A stretch of DNA of 64,000 nt from a virus. The position numbers were made by a program, and so were the translations under genes. The stretch lies in IMG/VR virus record IMGVR_UViG_3300032284_002843, positions 64,001 to 128,000 of that record. The stretch is one strand, 5' to 3'. Under the pieces are notes generated by a model. It ran no database searches. It saw only the letters and a program-made list of their open reading frames with translations, and was not told the DNA's origin. Shown here piece after piece: positions 38,087-49,517 of this stretch. Within the stretch, counting starts at the first letter, position 1, and each line of letters opens with the position of its first letter.

Positions 38087-38230
38087 TTAGCAGGGCTTAT
38101 TCACCAGTACTTCACCGGTATCTTTATCTATAATTTTTAAGTTAGCAAACAAAAACAAGTTTCCATTCTCATCTGGTATCTCATTTTTTAGCTTTTCTGT
38201 ATTATCCATAGTGTTATCTTGATCGACCAT
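38087..38230 (-). CDS. 47-aa protein missing from the ORF track
   Basis: MVDQDNTMDNTEKLKNEIPDENGNLFLFANLKIIDKDTGEVLVNKPC; resembles the N terminus of the next gene. Confidence 0.7.
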   Translation of the reverse strand: MVDQDNTMDNTEKLKNEIPDENGNLFLFANLKIIDKDTGEVLVNKPC

Positions 38231-38237
38231 GGTATAT

Positions 38238-41200
38238 TTAGCTCCTTGTGCCTGTATGTTTCAACAAAAATTCAGCCATTGCTGTATGGCTATATTGAAT
38301 TCCATATTGGTCTGGTTCCCAAGAATATCCGTTAGGTAGCTTCATTTCTCTGCCAGCATCTATGACCGTGCTTAGCGCAACATGGCTTACATTACTATCA
38401 TAGCTGTTACTGTTCAAGCTAACAATTTTGACGTTTTTATATCCGCCAGGCGGTGCATCAAAAATATTAGCATATCTACCAGGAGGTAGGCTTGGTGGGT
38501 TTATTTCTATACTATAATCAATATCGGTTCTTTGTAGTTTACCATCTACCCACACTGTTTCGGCGATGGCTTCGCCAACTGGTTCAGTTGCAAAATAATG
38601 TGTTGAACTGTCGCCGTTATAGAAAATAGCAGAATATTGATCTTCTGGAGAACCCGATGTATTGTTTACATTTCTAACTATTTGAGTTAAAAATGCTCTA
38701 TTAGGATGTTGAACCGTAGGAGCCTGTTGAATTTCATAGTAGCCAATCAATTCATCGTTTATGTAAACATATTGAATGTTTGCTCCGTATGGTACAGAAA
38801 CACGAGTGAAGTCACTGATCTCAATTTTATCACTGTTTGATAACACATCAGACAGAATTACACATTTCCTGTTATCATCAATCACAGTGCTTAATGTTTC
38901 ATTTTCAGAAATTAATGTACGCCATGCAACGGATGGTCTTTCTGGTAATCCAACCATGTATGTTACAGTTACCGGACTATCATGATTTGGTGCAATATGA
39001 TCTCCTAGTCTGACAACCGTTCTATTATCGGCTATAGAATCCCAAGCGGTGATATCCCATTGATCAACTCCCCATCCTGTTTCAACATCGACATTTTCTA
39101 CAACATAGTCATATGTTGGTGTTAATAATTGTTCATTCACCCAAACTGATATTGTTACAAAATCATACGGTGTAGTTGCCAATGCATACTCATGCTTCAT
39201 GAATGTTTCAAAGCCTAATATGTCCCAAGGAGCACCATCCCACCCATTTTCATATTCAATAAATTCTTCAGTTACAAAATTGTAATCTGCATCTTCTGCA
39301 TAGGTTGTAACAAGAATATTATCACCATTCTGAACAGAGCCAGAGTAAAAATTAATATAAGTTGTAGGACCAACTGTGGTTAAGAAATAATTTGTAGTAG
39401 TACGCTTACATACTAACACTATTTCGCTGAGCATACTTGGGCTGTATGTAAACACAAGAATACTATCAGAAATATTGTAATCTATGCCTAGAGTCTGTAA
39501 AACACTGTCTACATAAATTTCAACATATTCTACTGTTGGACTTACTATATCAACAGTGATTGGAAACTGTCTCGATGATCCATCACCAAACCAAGTTTGA
39601 ATTACAGGCGGTTCTAGTAAGTTGCCATTTTTTCTTACCAATGTTGTAACAAAATATGGCATACTATGTTGAGGATAAGTGTTTGTTAGTGGATACTGAA
39701 GAGGATTAGGTAGAGGATTAGTAACATCGATTGATGTTTCTTCAATTACACTAAATTGATTGTTATCAAATGTATTGATTATTATAACAGCACCAACTGC
39801 TGGCGCTACTGGTAATCTGATAGCATTGCTCAATCTACTGTAAGCTGATGGTATACCATCTACAGTTACATAAATGCCACCTGGATAACTTACTGTAGTT
39901 CCGGGTACTGTATAGTCGGTGGTTACACCATTTCCTGTATATACATATTCATTAAGTCTCTTTGTGTAGGCAACGTTCCAAGTTGAAGACGATCCGCCGA
40001 TTGGATTAACAGATGCTTGTCCCAATGGCTGAAATGGAAGTTTTGTATACAGGCCACCATTTATTACATCAGCTTGTCCTGCTGCCCACGATACATAAAT
40101 TGTAGCTCCTGTGCCTATTCCGGAAACAGATACAGGATTAGTAGGAATTACATTGTATTCTGTTTGTGTAGCACTGGATAGAGTTTTGATACCCCATTCT
40201 ACATTAAGCAGCACACCATACCCGTTATGATTAGTGCTGGAACTTGCTAGATTTAATGTAGGAGCATTTGGTAAATTAAATTCTCCGCTGTTAATAATTT
40301 GTAGACTTGTTACTGCACCATCAACTGTAACGTGTGTTACCTTTAGAATTGCAGCAGTAAGACATCCTGATCCGGCTAGGGTAATTACGTCGTTGACAGC
40401 ATAGTCGGCACCGCCAAATGCAGGACTTACGCTGACTAATTGTATAGTGTTAACTGTAAATGCTCCATATAGATTATTTGGAGTGTATAAGCTGCCTCCT
40501 ATTAGTGTAACTTGATCACCAACATTATATCCTGTACCCGGATCCACTACAATAGCTGATGTATTTGTAACGCTGGTTAGCTGTAATTGAGCAGGTGTAC
40601 CAACCCCGCCACTTAACGTAATAACATCATTAGGAGAATAATTATTTCCACCGTTCACTACATACGCTTTTTCAACACTGCGAGATCCGCCACCTGTGCT
40701 AATAGCAGTGATTCTCAATACTCCGCTTGGAGGAGGCGATAAGAATACAACTTTGTTTGTAGCAAAATTAATAACAAAGTCATTAGCTAATCCTTCTTTC
40801 TGAAGAACACTATTCAAGTAAACAAATACCGATACGGTGTTTTCAGGGGTTATACCAATATCAAATTGATCAATTACACCATCAGTTTGATATACTCTAG
40901 TATTAACTAAAGGACGACCGCCTACCGATTGAACATAAGTATCAATTCTGATAGAATCTTTAGCTCGTAGACCGTAATATTCCTCAGGATGATCACTGTC
41001 AACGTGAGGTATAACAAAATCACTACCGGAATAAATCGTATCTGTTTCATCTGTTGGCGCTTGTTCAAAGGTTGTTCCTGCATAAAGAATATAAATGTTT
41101 GGTTCAGGACTTGGTGCTGGTGCCGTATTGAAAACAATATTCTGGCAAGACCAGTCAACTTCGACTAAAGCATCTGTGCCAATACCAGGATGATTAAATG

Positions 41201-44200
41201 GATATTGCAGAGTATATGGTCCGCGTGTAACTGTTTGGTATGATCCTTTTCCTAATATCACACATTCAGTTATACTTCCATGATTAACTGCTGTAACTTG
41301 TATTCTAACTGCTGCAATGCCATTGCCTGCAACTAGATCTAATTGATCACCAACGCTGTAATGTATACCTCCCTGAACAATATAAACCTTTTCAGCATAT
41401 GTTGGAACATACCATTCGGTTCCGTAATTTTTGATACTACCGTCGCTCCACACAACCATATCTAATGGGTTTTGTGGATGATGCAATAGCTGGAATTCAG
41501 TAGTAATACCGTTACCTATTGCTGTGTCATATTGCGGTATTTGACCACCTTGAACTATTAAATCAAGATAATTGATAATGGTTTGACTAGTTGGTTCCCA
41601 TCCTATTTGGCTATCCCACGGACTTACTGACCATCCAATATCTATATTGAGATTCAAACTATTAAGAACTGTACTTCTAAAATCAACACCGATCATCAAC
41701 TCTGATATAATTTTTGGTATCATACCCAACGTTGGAGAATAAAATTGATCAATACGATCAATTGCTCCATAAGAAGCAAGAGTTTGTTCTGCACTCCATG
41801 CAAATGTTGACCAAGTAGATCCCCATCCGATTCTCTGGCTAGGTGTAGCTATTCTATCAAATATTAATTTAGTTTTAAGCTGTCTGATTAAGTTACCATT
41901 TGTTTTGTAATTAGCCAAATAACTTTGATAGGTGTCATTATATATCTTCCATGCCAAACTGCCATCATCAGCCGGTACCGGTGCTTTGAAGTTTGGTGGA
42001 AAATCAAAATCTACCGCTGCAACATTACTAAGATCCGTGTATGTTTTACCTGTAACAAGTTCGCTTATTTTAACATGGTAAGGCTTTGCTTCGTTCAAAA
42101 ATCCAATTATGCTGTCGGTTAAATCAACCGGTAACAATTGATATGTTGACAGTGGTTGATTAAACCCATTTAGACTTATGTTACTTGTTTTGATTATCCA
42201 ATCTACCTGACGTTGTTCGGATAACACATATTTTATCATAGTAAAGAATAGTTTATTAATTTCAATGCTATTTGGATTTCCAAATATAGCTTGTTTCAAT
42301 CCATCTATAACATATGAAAACTCTACTCCACTTTGTGAATCAAATGCAGTCTGATCGAACGGATTACCATCGAACCCACCAAAATTTTCAGCCCATTGAT
42401 ATATTGTGTCAGATATAGCTATTGATCCATCTTGCTGACCAACAAGTTGCCATACAGATCCATCATAGGAATACAATTGCCATTTATTTGATCCATCATT
42501 TAAAACTTTAACAACTGTGCCTGCTGCTTTCCCAGTTAATGATTCAAAATCATATATTGTAGCAACAATTAAATCAATTGTTGTTGACGAGCTGTATCCA
42601 GAAGCATACCAATCAACATAGTTCCAATAATTTGAAACCTTATAGTATTGAATTCTTTCCAACAACCAAGGACTTGATGTTCCTGTGTACTGCCAAACTG
42701 TCCAGAGATTATTCGTTTCAGTTACAGCATCTACCAACACAGTTTGACCAGGAGTAATTAAGCCTATCAATGCGTCTCTCTGTCCAAGATCAGTTACATG
42801 ATAATCAACAGATGTTGTAGGTGCTGGTTCTTCAGCATTGAAATAACTTACCCAAGATACCTTACTGCTATCATTTACCAAAGGCGATGAGCTGCCGGCA
42901 ATTAGATTATTGGCAGTGGTAACAAATAGACTACTTGCATTAATTCTATCAACAAACCATGTTTGTCTAGGTCTAATAAAATTGCCGTATCTCTGTAAAT
43001 CAGTTAATTTATAGTATGGAACATCGTTGTCTGCTCCATCTATTGTTGTCAGACTAGATTTAAGTTTTTCCCATAGAGTATCTTGCGGCTGGCTGTACTC
43101 GTCATTTTCTTTTAACAACTGCCATTCGTTAAAATTATTTGCATCATTTGGTGTTTTGGTGTAATTAATACGTTGAATAATTTGATCAGCATTTAAAAAT
43201 CTTGATACATTACCAACTAAAATATTTTGCTGACTAATTACGGCATACCATGGATTGCCGCCTATGCTTGGACTTTGTATAAGCTGTGCTATTCCACTTG
43301 TAGTTAATTGCCTATTTGGACCAAACGGAGGAATACTACTATTCTTTACCCAAAAATAGTAATATGTTGTGCTGGTACCATCTGGATTTTCTTCTATATA
43401 TTCTGACCAGTTTGGAGCATCTGGGTTTCTGACACTGCCCGTAGGTGTAATATTTTGTCCATTGACTCCAACTCCAGAGCCTTGTGAGCCCGTCGCAACA
43501 GCACTTGCCCAATCTGAAGGCGGTATAGTGCTTCGTACCCATTCATATACATCAATACTAGTTCCAGGGGCCAGTTTTCCCCAATTGTCTCGTTTGTATG
43601 AGTCGTCTCCTTGATCATAATCAATATACCTCACTGCTGTTAAGTCCCACCAAACCGTTCCAATTTGTGCTTCGCCCCATGCTTCATTGGCGTCTATAGC
43701 ATAACCTGTTGAATTTCCACTGGTGTATTTGGCTGGATCATAATCAGTTTTGTAACTAATTTCCGCATCTGCCAACCCAACTATACGACCTTTAGCCGGA
43801 TCAAAATAATCAACATCTGCAATCTTTGCTTTACTAGCACCATTGTACAGCTCGCTTGATAAAATTAAAGCTGCATTAATCTTATACTGTTGTTGCCTGT
43901 ATGGTACCCAGTTGTTTTGCAAGAATTTATAAACTGTCCATGCACCTTGTACTATTCCTCCGTCGTCTACATAACACAAGTCGCCGGTGTTCCATCCTGC
44001 CGGTGGTGTATTGCTGTCCCTGTCAAATACATTTTTAAATCTAGTAGGTCTATAAACAAGTAACGTTCCGCCCGCACCTGCTTGGAAAGTGCTAATATCA
44101 ATGCTAAAGGTATTTGATGTAACATTGAAAATAGTATAGGTACCATTAATATCTGCGACACCTGTGATTCCATAGATAATGCAAATATCACCTTCTATCA

Positions 44201-47200
44201 ATCCGTGTGAACCATTAGTAACTAAGACTGTAGGTTCTCCGCTAACTGAACTTGGTACAGTGTATGAGATAGTTGCATTTGGTTTATCAAGTCGTAGAAC
44301 GGTCCAATCTCCTGCAGATGTAATAAATTGCCATACCGTATTACCTGCTACCAATGGATTAGCTGTTGTCTTCTGCGTATCATATAATGACAACAGGTCA
44401 GATTGATTTAACACATAATAAGTTGTTTCGCCAAGTTGCACATAACCAGCACTTGGCATATCAGTTAAGATATCAACGCCATATGTAGGTTTTACAGCAA
44501 ATAGCGGATCAATATAATTTTCTGGCGGAGTTACCAACATTGGATCGGCTGGAACAATGTCATAAACATAATCATTTGGATTATCAGAATCTTGCTGTCC
44601 AAAAAATCTAATTTGCTGAGGATTATTGTTAATTTTACTCTGAGGAAGAATAAACTCAATAACTCTGTTTAGGTCATAACCGCCATACCATGCTGTTCTA
44701 AAAAGCCATTCTTCAAAATATTGAAATGTAGAACCGGTTGGAATAATACTGTTATTTCTTAAAAGATTATTAAGAGTTGTTGCTGTACCCTTTTGACGAA
44801 TGAATCCTTGATAAAATTCAAATTCCGTTGCATCATCTAATAAGAGATTTTGTAAATAATTTCTATTTTGATAACCAATCAAGTGCTTACTTAAATTACT
44901 GAGATTAGAAGTATCAACGCCTCCTAATTCAGTTGTTAGGATTTCATTTGAACCTAATGGCTGATAAGTTGTTGGTTGCTCAATATTGAAAAACTTTGTG
45001 ATGTCATCGGCGCTCTTATCAAAGTTACTGGTTAAGTTCCAAGTATTAGATGTTGTATTTTGCACAAGGAAATATCCAGGTATGTCAAGACGTCCTGTCC
45101 AATTTTTTGCCCTATAAGCATATATCAGCATACGTTGCTGACTTAGGTTAAACAATGGCTGATATATAATGTCATTAAATGCTGTTGTATTATCAAAATA
45201 CACTGCATGTTCTAAAGTTGTAGTATACAAACGCACCAGGAATAGGCCTTGATCATTTGTAGCCGATATAGTTATTTTATCTTGCTCACGATTTACATTT
45301 AGATTATTTTGTTGGATAGGTTGCCCACCTCTATCCAATACTGGATATGTTCCTGATACAACGCCATTAACAAATTGAATATTACCATATGGCTGAGAAA
45401 ACTGTACTGTGTCAGCGCTAGGACTTACAGTGATAAAGGTACCGTTATCCCATACGCCTTGACTCCAGAACAGAAATTCTTTAGCGCTTTTTGACCAATT
45501 ATTAATACTGTTAGAAGCATCATCATATGTTGTAAACAGCCATCCTTGGTTGGTTAGCCATCTACCGTAGCTAATAAGAAAATCGTATACTTGTTGTCTA
45601 GTTGAAAATATCGTGTCATAAGGTACTGTGGATGTTGTTTTTAATCCAACAAAATACTCAGTAACACGTTGAGATCCTATAACTATAGAAGTTCTATCAC
45701 CATGAACATCACTAGGTATAATTGTAAAAACTGGATTAATAGCATCATACCCTTTAACTCGCCATCCCTCGGCAATTTTTTCTATAATTACACCGCTATA
45801 TACTGTTTCTTCAATACTATTGCTCTTGTATAGATACAAATTAATATTTTCAGACGGTACTAATCTTGAATTGTATCCAAGTTGTCCAAAACTATCAACC
45901 AAAGCTCTGAAACTGTCAGTTGGAGTAAAACCAGCCATTCTATGTGCAAGCTTTACGTCGCTACCTCTAATAATATTGCCAAAATAATTGGTAACATTAT
46001 AACCTTTACTGATTACATGTTCACTTATCCAGTGTTGAAAACCGCAGCTACCAAAATAGGATAAATTAGATTCATTTGGTATATTCAGACCAATATTCAA
46101 TGTTGTTGGATTTTCTCTGTGAACATAAAATTGTTGACTGCTTCTGCGACTGTTGGTATCCACATATATCCATTGATCATACGTCTCATCTGCATACACA
46201 TGTTCAGTTCTTAAAATGTCCCAGTTATATTCAACAAACTGAGCAGGTTTCATAAGGTAACCAGCTTTTGCTAAACTAAATTTAAAATCACTGCTGTTTA
46301 TCCAAACGCTTTCAACTGGGCCACCATCACCGAACACCCATGCACTTCTAGCGTCTAATACACTTGGAATATTAGCAGTACATCCTGCTAAGAAAGGCGG
46401 TAATAAATTACCTTGTGGATCAACAGGGATGCATGATAATAATCCAGGTCGAGCCCAGGTAGCATCAATACCAGACCTTGCGCCTTGTCGAATTCTACCG
46501 TCTCGTAGATCTTCCCACATTGCAGTATTTCCGTTTGTGTAAGGTGCAGGCCCATATTCGCTAATCCACCACTCGGGCATTATACTGAATCCTAACATTT
46601 CCCAAGGATGTGTATTTGGGCGGTCAGTATCATAATAATAACGATAAATGCCTTGCCAGTGTCCAGGTACAGGCTGACCTAAGGAGTCAGTCACACTGCG
46701 ATAATTATAGCTAAATTGATTATTTGTATCATAACCGGTATTAGCAGTGTAATCAACTTGATTGTTAATTACCCATTTATCAAAAGAGCTGCGTAAAATG
46801 CTGAGATATTCGTTGCTACTATAGTCAGTGCTTCTCCATCTACCGGGAATTTGTGCTCTTACATCAAACGCAGGAACATAATCAACATTTGTATATGAAG
46901 GTGGCAGACTATTAAACAAGTTAAGTTCAAATTGTAGCCAGGCTGCTGCAACTGGATGACTCAATTGGCTGGGATTAGTTGTACTGGTCTGATCATGTAA
47001 GATTGTTCCAAGCTGGAAACCATCGGCATCGATTAAAACGATACGAGAGCCATCATGTGTTTGTAAAACCAATTGAGGTGTTGTATATGTGTTGTCTATA
47101 TATACAACTGGTTGATAAGCAGGTGTAATACCTAACCGTGCCGGTGTTGCAGGAACATATGTTGGGTTAGTCTGTTCTATGCTGCAATATTGTCCAGGAA

Positions 47201-49517
47201 TATTTGTTGGACCGCTGTTTGCCCATGGACTAGAACTGGTTTTTCCAACATTTATAGTGGACAATGCACGATTGATCCATTCAGCTGGTAAATTATTTCC
47301 GGTTAAGGTTACATTTTTGTACAGATTAAAAAGAGTTTGAACAAAACGATTGTAAAAAGAGACATAGCTTAATTGAGCATAATCTATAGAATATGCAGGG
47401 TCTATGAGATTGCTGTTATTAAGGACATCTGTAAACGATGTACTGTTTAACATGGCCAATTTTAACATAGGTGCTCTATGTTGTAAAATGTTTAAACCAA
47501 AGCTACGATTTTGTGCGCTATCTTTAAAGTTATTTGATCCTAACCCTGTGCCAGCAAACCCGTATTGATTTTGAATAATGTTTAGAAATTGTGGTAATAT
47601 CTGACTTCTACTAACATTGGTAATTGGTAAATTGTTAGGGTTTGCCGTTAAATTTAACGGCAATTCATAATAACCGGTAATTGTTTCCGGTGCCGTTGTA
47701 TTCCATGTTTTGATAGATACACGCTCTCCAGCAAATACAGATGATGCTAAGGTAACAATGTTTCCATTTACTGTGTAGTCAGTGTTTTCAAACAATGTTG
47801 TTTCATTTCCATTAGCATCAGTTTTGACTATAAAAATACTTGGTAAATCATTTGAATTACGAGTAGCAGGTGGTTGATCTATAAAGAACGATGTTGCAGT
47901 AGTCGGTACTTGATAGTTGTTGACAATATATTGTCTACTTGGATTGTGTGATTTCCACCAACCGTTGGTATGTATGCTGCCATCAAAACCATTTATGTAT
48001 GCAAATTTTTCTCCAACATAATTGATTACTTGTCCATTCAATATGTAGGAGAAGTTATCAATTGTAAGATTATTGCTAAAAATAAAATCTCCAAACTGAT
48101 CAATATTAACTGGAATGCCTAATTCTTGATCAATTGGTGCCGTGTCAGATAATTGATAGCTGAAAATCTTAGAACCTTTAAAGGAGCTAGATGTATAAAC
48201 GCTGGGGTCTTGAAGTTGGTTTCCTCTGGTATCATAGAGTTGAAATAATGGTGGTACTCCAAGACTTTTTTGTTGCCCGGAAACTATCCATGCGCTACCA
48301 TTGTAATAAACATTTTTACCCTCTAGGTCGCTTGAACCAAAGCGAACAGACACTCTATCTCCGACAATTGGCGCACCAGAAGGATCTTGCCCGTTTGTAT
48401 CTAATGTTAGTTGTATAGAACCAAGGTTAACTCCACTAACTGTGTAAATTCTGTTATTGATTGTAGGATGAGTATCTGCTGTAACTAAAATACGCATACC
48501 ATCAAATAGAGATATATTTTGTATTGAATAACTAGGTTGGCCTACAATGCTACCAAACACATCACCGTTACCATTGTCGCATATGTCTACATATCCTCTA
48601 TTATATGATCCGTAATCATACAATTCAATTCCAGCATCAAATTCAATAATAGGGCGCAATGCTTGAGTTGAATACTGATCGCTTAAAAGTGTTTGACTTA
48701 AACTAATAACACTGGTATGGAACCATCTATTTTGTTGGCTCCATATGTTACCATCTTTTGAACCACGGCCAATGGTTACATATTGTTTATCAATTAAGCT
48801 ATTGTCGCCGTCCCAGGATTCTTTATCCCATGCAAGAACATCCCATGCAGGGTTAAAAGTTTCAGCATTTGGTACAAGAATTAAAGAACGTCCAATGCCC
48901 TCAACATAAAATTCCTTATTATTATAAGATAAAGTTAAGTCGCTGGTTGGTTTAATTTTAAGCCCATTAGCAAAAACAATAGATCCAGAAAATACCTGTC
49001 CTGTGCTGCTGAGCTGATATGCTCCTGTATAGGTATATGATGTCTGTCCTTGCTGGTTGTACAAATCAGTTGTATCCAGCAATATAATTGCATTTGGGCC
49101 AGCTGGTAACCAAAAATAGCTGCTGAAGTTTACAAATTTATCTATGTCAATAGGCGGTGCCCAACTGTAGTACTCTTGTGAAAACAATCTATCATTGTTA
49201 TCAACAATTCCACCTTGGAATCTCAATGCTCCTAAAAGGTCTTCGTAAAACAAACTGTTTTTAACCTGACCGGACAAATAATCGATACTTACCGGAGTAG
49301 GAGATAATTGATAATCTACACGAGCTTTGGTAGGTTCAGCAATGTACACATCTTTTAAGCGATTAAACCAAGCTGGTCTAGATCCTATGTATCCATTTAA
49401 AAATTCAATGTCTGAAGCTTGAAAAAGATGATCAACTGTTGCGCTGAAAATTTTAGTCAGTGCATCGGTTTGCAAATAACCCGGTAATAAAGATATTGAT
49501 TTTTTCTGCTCAGCCAT
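38238..49517 (-). CDS. Giant 3759-aa virion/baseplate wedge protein (gp7-like position)
   Basis: Uninterrupted ORF downstream of gp6; repeated beta-sandwich and aromatic-Asp motifs. Confidence 0.8.
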   Translation of the reverse strand: MAEQKKSISLLPGYLQTDALTKIFSATVDHLFQASDIEFLNGYIGSRPAWFNRLKDVYIAEPTKARVDYQLSPTPVSIDYLSGQVKNSLFYEDLLGALRFQGGIVDNNDRLFSQEYYSWAPPIDIDKFVNFSSYFWLPAGPNAIILLDTTDLYNQQGQTSYTYTGAYQLSSTGQVFSGSIVFANGLKIKPTSDLTLSYNNKEFYVEGIGRSLILVPNAETFNPAWDVLAWDKESWDGDNSLIDKQYVTIGRGSKDGNIWSQQNRWFHTSVISLSQTLLSDQYSTQALRPIIEFDAGIELYDYGSYNRGYVDICDNGNGDVFGSIVGQPSYSIQNISLFDGMRILVTADTHPTINNRIYTVSGVNLGSIQLTLDTNGQDPSGAPIVGDRVSVRFGSSDLEGKNVYYNGSAWIVSGQQKSLGVPPLFQLYDTRGNQLQDPSVYTSSSFKGSKIFSYQLSDTAPIDQELGIPVNIDQFGDFIFSNNLTIDNFSYILNGQVINYVGEKFAYINGFDGSIHTNGWWKSHNPSRQYIVNNYQVPTTATSFFIDQPPATRNSNDLPSIFIVKTDANGNETTLFENTDYTVNGNIVTLASSVFAGERVSIKTWNTTAPETITGYYELPLNLTANPNNLPITNVSRSQILPQFLNIIQNQYGFAGTGLGSNNFKDSAQNRSFGLNILQHRAPMLKLAMLNSTSFTDVLNNSNLIDPAYSIDYAQLSYVSFYNRFVQTLFNLYKNVTLTGNNLPAEWINRALSTINVGKTSSSPWANSGPTNIPGQYCSIEQTNPTYVPATPARLGITPAYQPVVYIDNTYTTPQLVLQTHDGSRIVLIDADGFQLGTILHDQTSTTNPSQLSHPVAAAWLQFELNLFNSLPPSYTNVDYVPAFDVRAQIPGRWRSTDYSSNEYLSILRSSFDKWVINNQVDYTANTGYDTNNQFSYNYRSVTDSLGQPVPGHWQGIYRYYYDTDRPNTHPWEMLGFSIMPEWWISEYGPAPYTNGNTAMWEDLRDGRIRQGARSGIDATWARPGLLSCIPVDPQGNLLPPFLAGCTANIPSVLDARSAWVFGDGGPVESVWINSSDFKFSLAKAGYLMKPAQFVEYNWDILRTEHVYADETYDQWIYVDTNSRRSSQQFYVHRENPTTLNIGLNIPNESNLSYFGSCGFQHWISEHVISKGYNVTNYFGNIIRGSDVKLAHRMAGFTPTDSFRALVDSFGQLGYNSRLVPSENINLYLYKSNSIEETVYSGVIIEKIAEGWRVKGYDAINPVFTIIPSDVHGDRTSIVIGSQRVTEYFVGLKTTSTVPYDTIFSTRQQVYDFLISYGRWLTNQGWLFTTYDDASNSINNWSKSAKEFLFWSQGVWDNGTFITVSPSADTVQFSQPYGNIQFVNGVVSGTYPVLDRGGQPIQQNNLNVNREQDKITISATNDQGLFLVRLYTTTLEHAVYFDNTTAFNDIIYQPLFNLSQQRMLIYAYRAKNWTGRLDIPGYFLVQNTTSNTWNLTSNFDKSADDITKFFNIEQPTTYQPLGSNEILTTELGGVDTSNLSNLSKHLIGYQNRNYLQNLLLDDATEFEFYQGFIRQKGTATTLNNLLRNNSIIPTGSTFQYFEEWLFRTAWYGGYDLNRVIEFILPQSKINNNPQQIRFFGQQDSDNPNDYVYDIVPADPMLVTPPENYIDPLFAVKPTYGVDILTDMPSAGYVQLGETTYYVLNQSDLLSLYDTQKTTANPLVAGNTVWQFITSAGDWTVLRLDKPNATISYTVPSSVSGEPTVLVTNGSHGLIEGDICIIYGITGVADINGTYTIFNVTSNTFSIDISTFQAGAGGTLLVYRPTRFKNVFDRDSNTPPAGWNTGDLCYVDDGGIVQGAWTVYKFLQNNWVPYRQQQYKINAALILSSELYNGASKAKIADVDYFDPAKGRIVGLADAEISYKTDYDPAKYTSGNSTGYAIDANEAWGEAQIGTVWWDLTAVRYIDYDQGDDSYKRDNWGKLAPGTSIDVYEWVRSTIPPSDWASAVATGSQGSGVGVNGQNITPTGSVRNPDAPNWSEYIEENPDGTSTTYYYFWVKNSSIPPFGPNRQLTTSGIAQLIQSPSIGGNPWYAVISQQNILVGNVSRFLNADQIIQRINYTKTPNDANNFNEWQLLKENDEYSQPQDTLWEKLKSSLTTIDGADNDVPYYKLTDLQRYGNFIRPRQTWFVDRINASSLFVTTANNLIAGSSSPLVNDSSKVSWVSYFNAEEPAPTTSVDYHVTDLGQRDALIGLITPGQTVLVDAVTETNNLWTVWQYTGTSSPWLLERIQYYKVSNYWNYVDWYASGYSSSTTIDLIVATIYDFESLTGKAAGTVVKVLNDGSNKWQLYSYDGSVWQLVGQQDGSIAISDTIYQWAENFGGFDGNPFDQTAFDSQSGVEFSYVIDGLKQAIFGNPNSIEINKLFFTMIKYVLSEQRQVDWIIKTSNISLNGFNQPLSTYQLLPVDLTDSIIGFLNEAKPYHVKISELVTGKTYTDLSNVAAVDFDFPPNFKAPVPADDGSLAWKIYNDTYQSYLANYKTNGNLIRQLKTKLIFDRIATPSQRIGWGSTWSTFAWSAEQTLASYGAIDRIDQFYSPTLGMIPKIISELMIGVDFRSTVLNSLNLNIDIGWSVSPWDSQIGWEPTSQTIINYLDLIVQGGQIPQYDTAIGNGITTEFQLLHHPQNPLDMVVWSDGSIKNYGTEWYVPTYAEKVYIVQGGIHYSVGDQLDLVAGNGIAAVRIQVTAVNHGSITECVILGKGSYQTVTRGPYTLQYPFNHPGIGTDALVEVDWSCQNIVFNTAPAPSPEPNIYILYAGTTFEQAPTDETDTIYSGSDFVIPHVDSDHPEEYYGLRAKDSIRIDTYVQSVGGRPLVNTRVYQTDGVIDQFDIGITPENTVSVFVYLNSVLQKEGLANDFVINFATNKVVFLSPPPSGVLRITAISTGGGSRSVEKAYVVNGGNNYSPNDVITLSGGVGTPAQLQLTSVTNTSAIVVDPGTGYNVGDQVTLIGGSLYTPNNLYGAFTVNTIQLVSVSPAFGGADYAVNDVITLAGSGCLTAAILKVTHVTVDGAVTSLQIINSGEFNLPNAPTLNLASSSTNHNGYGVLLNVEWGIKTLSSATQTEYNVIPTNPVSVSGIGTGATIYVSWAAGQADVINGGLYTKLPFQPLGQASVNPIGGSSSTWNVAYTKRLNEYVYTGNGVTTDYTVPGTTVSYPGGIYVTVDGIPSAYSRLSNAIRLPVAPAVGAVIIINTFDNNQFSVIEETSIDVTNPLPNPLQYPLTNTYPQHSMPYFVTTLVRKNGNLLEPPVIQTWFGDGSSRQFPITVDIVSPTVEYVEIYVDSVLQTLGIDYNISDSILVFTYSPSMLSEIVLVCKRTTTNYFLTTVGPTTYINFYSGSVQNGDNILVTTYAEDADYNFVTEEFIEYENGWDGAPWDILGFETFMKHEYALATTPYDFVTISVWVNEQLLTPTYDYVVENVDVETGWGVDQWDITAWDSIADNRTVVRLGDHIAPNHDSPVTVTYMVGLPERPSVAWRTLISENETLSTVIDDNRKCVILSDVLSNSDKIEISDFTRVSVPYGANIQYVYINDELIGYYEIQQAPTVQHPNRAFLTQIVRNVNNTSGSPEDQYSAIFYNGDSSTHYFATEPVGEAIAETVWVDGKLQRTDIDYSIEINPPSLPPGRYANIFDAPPGGYKNVKIVSLNSNSYDSNVSHVALSTVIDAGREMKLPNGYSWEPDQYGIQYSHTAMAEFLLKHTGTRS

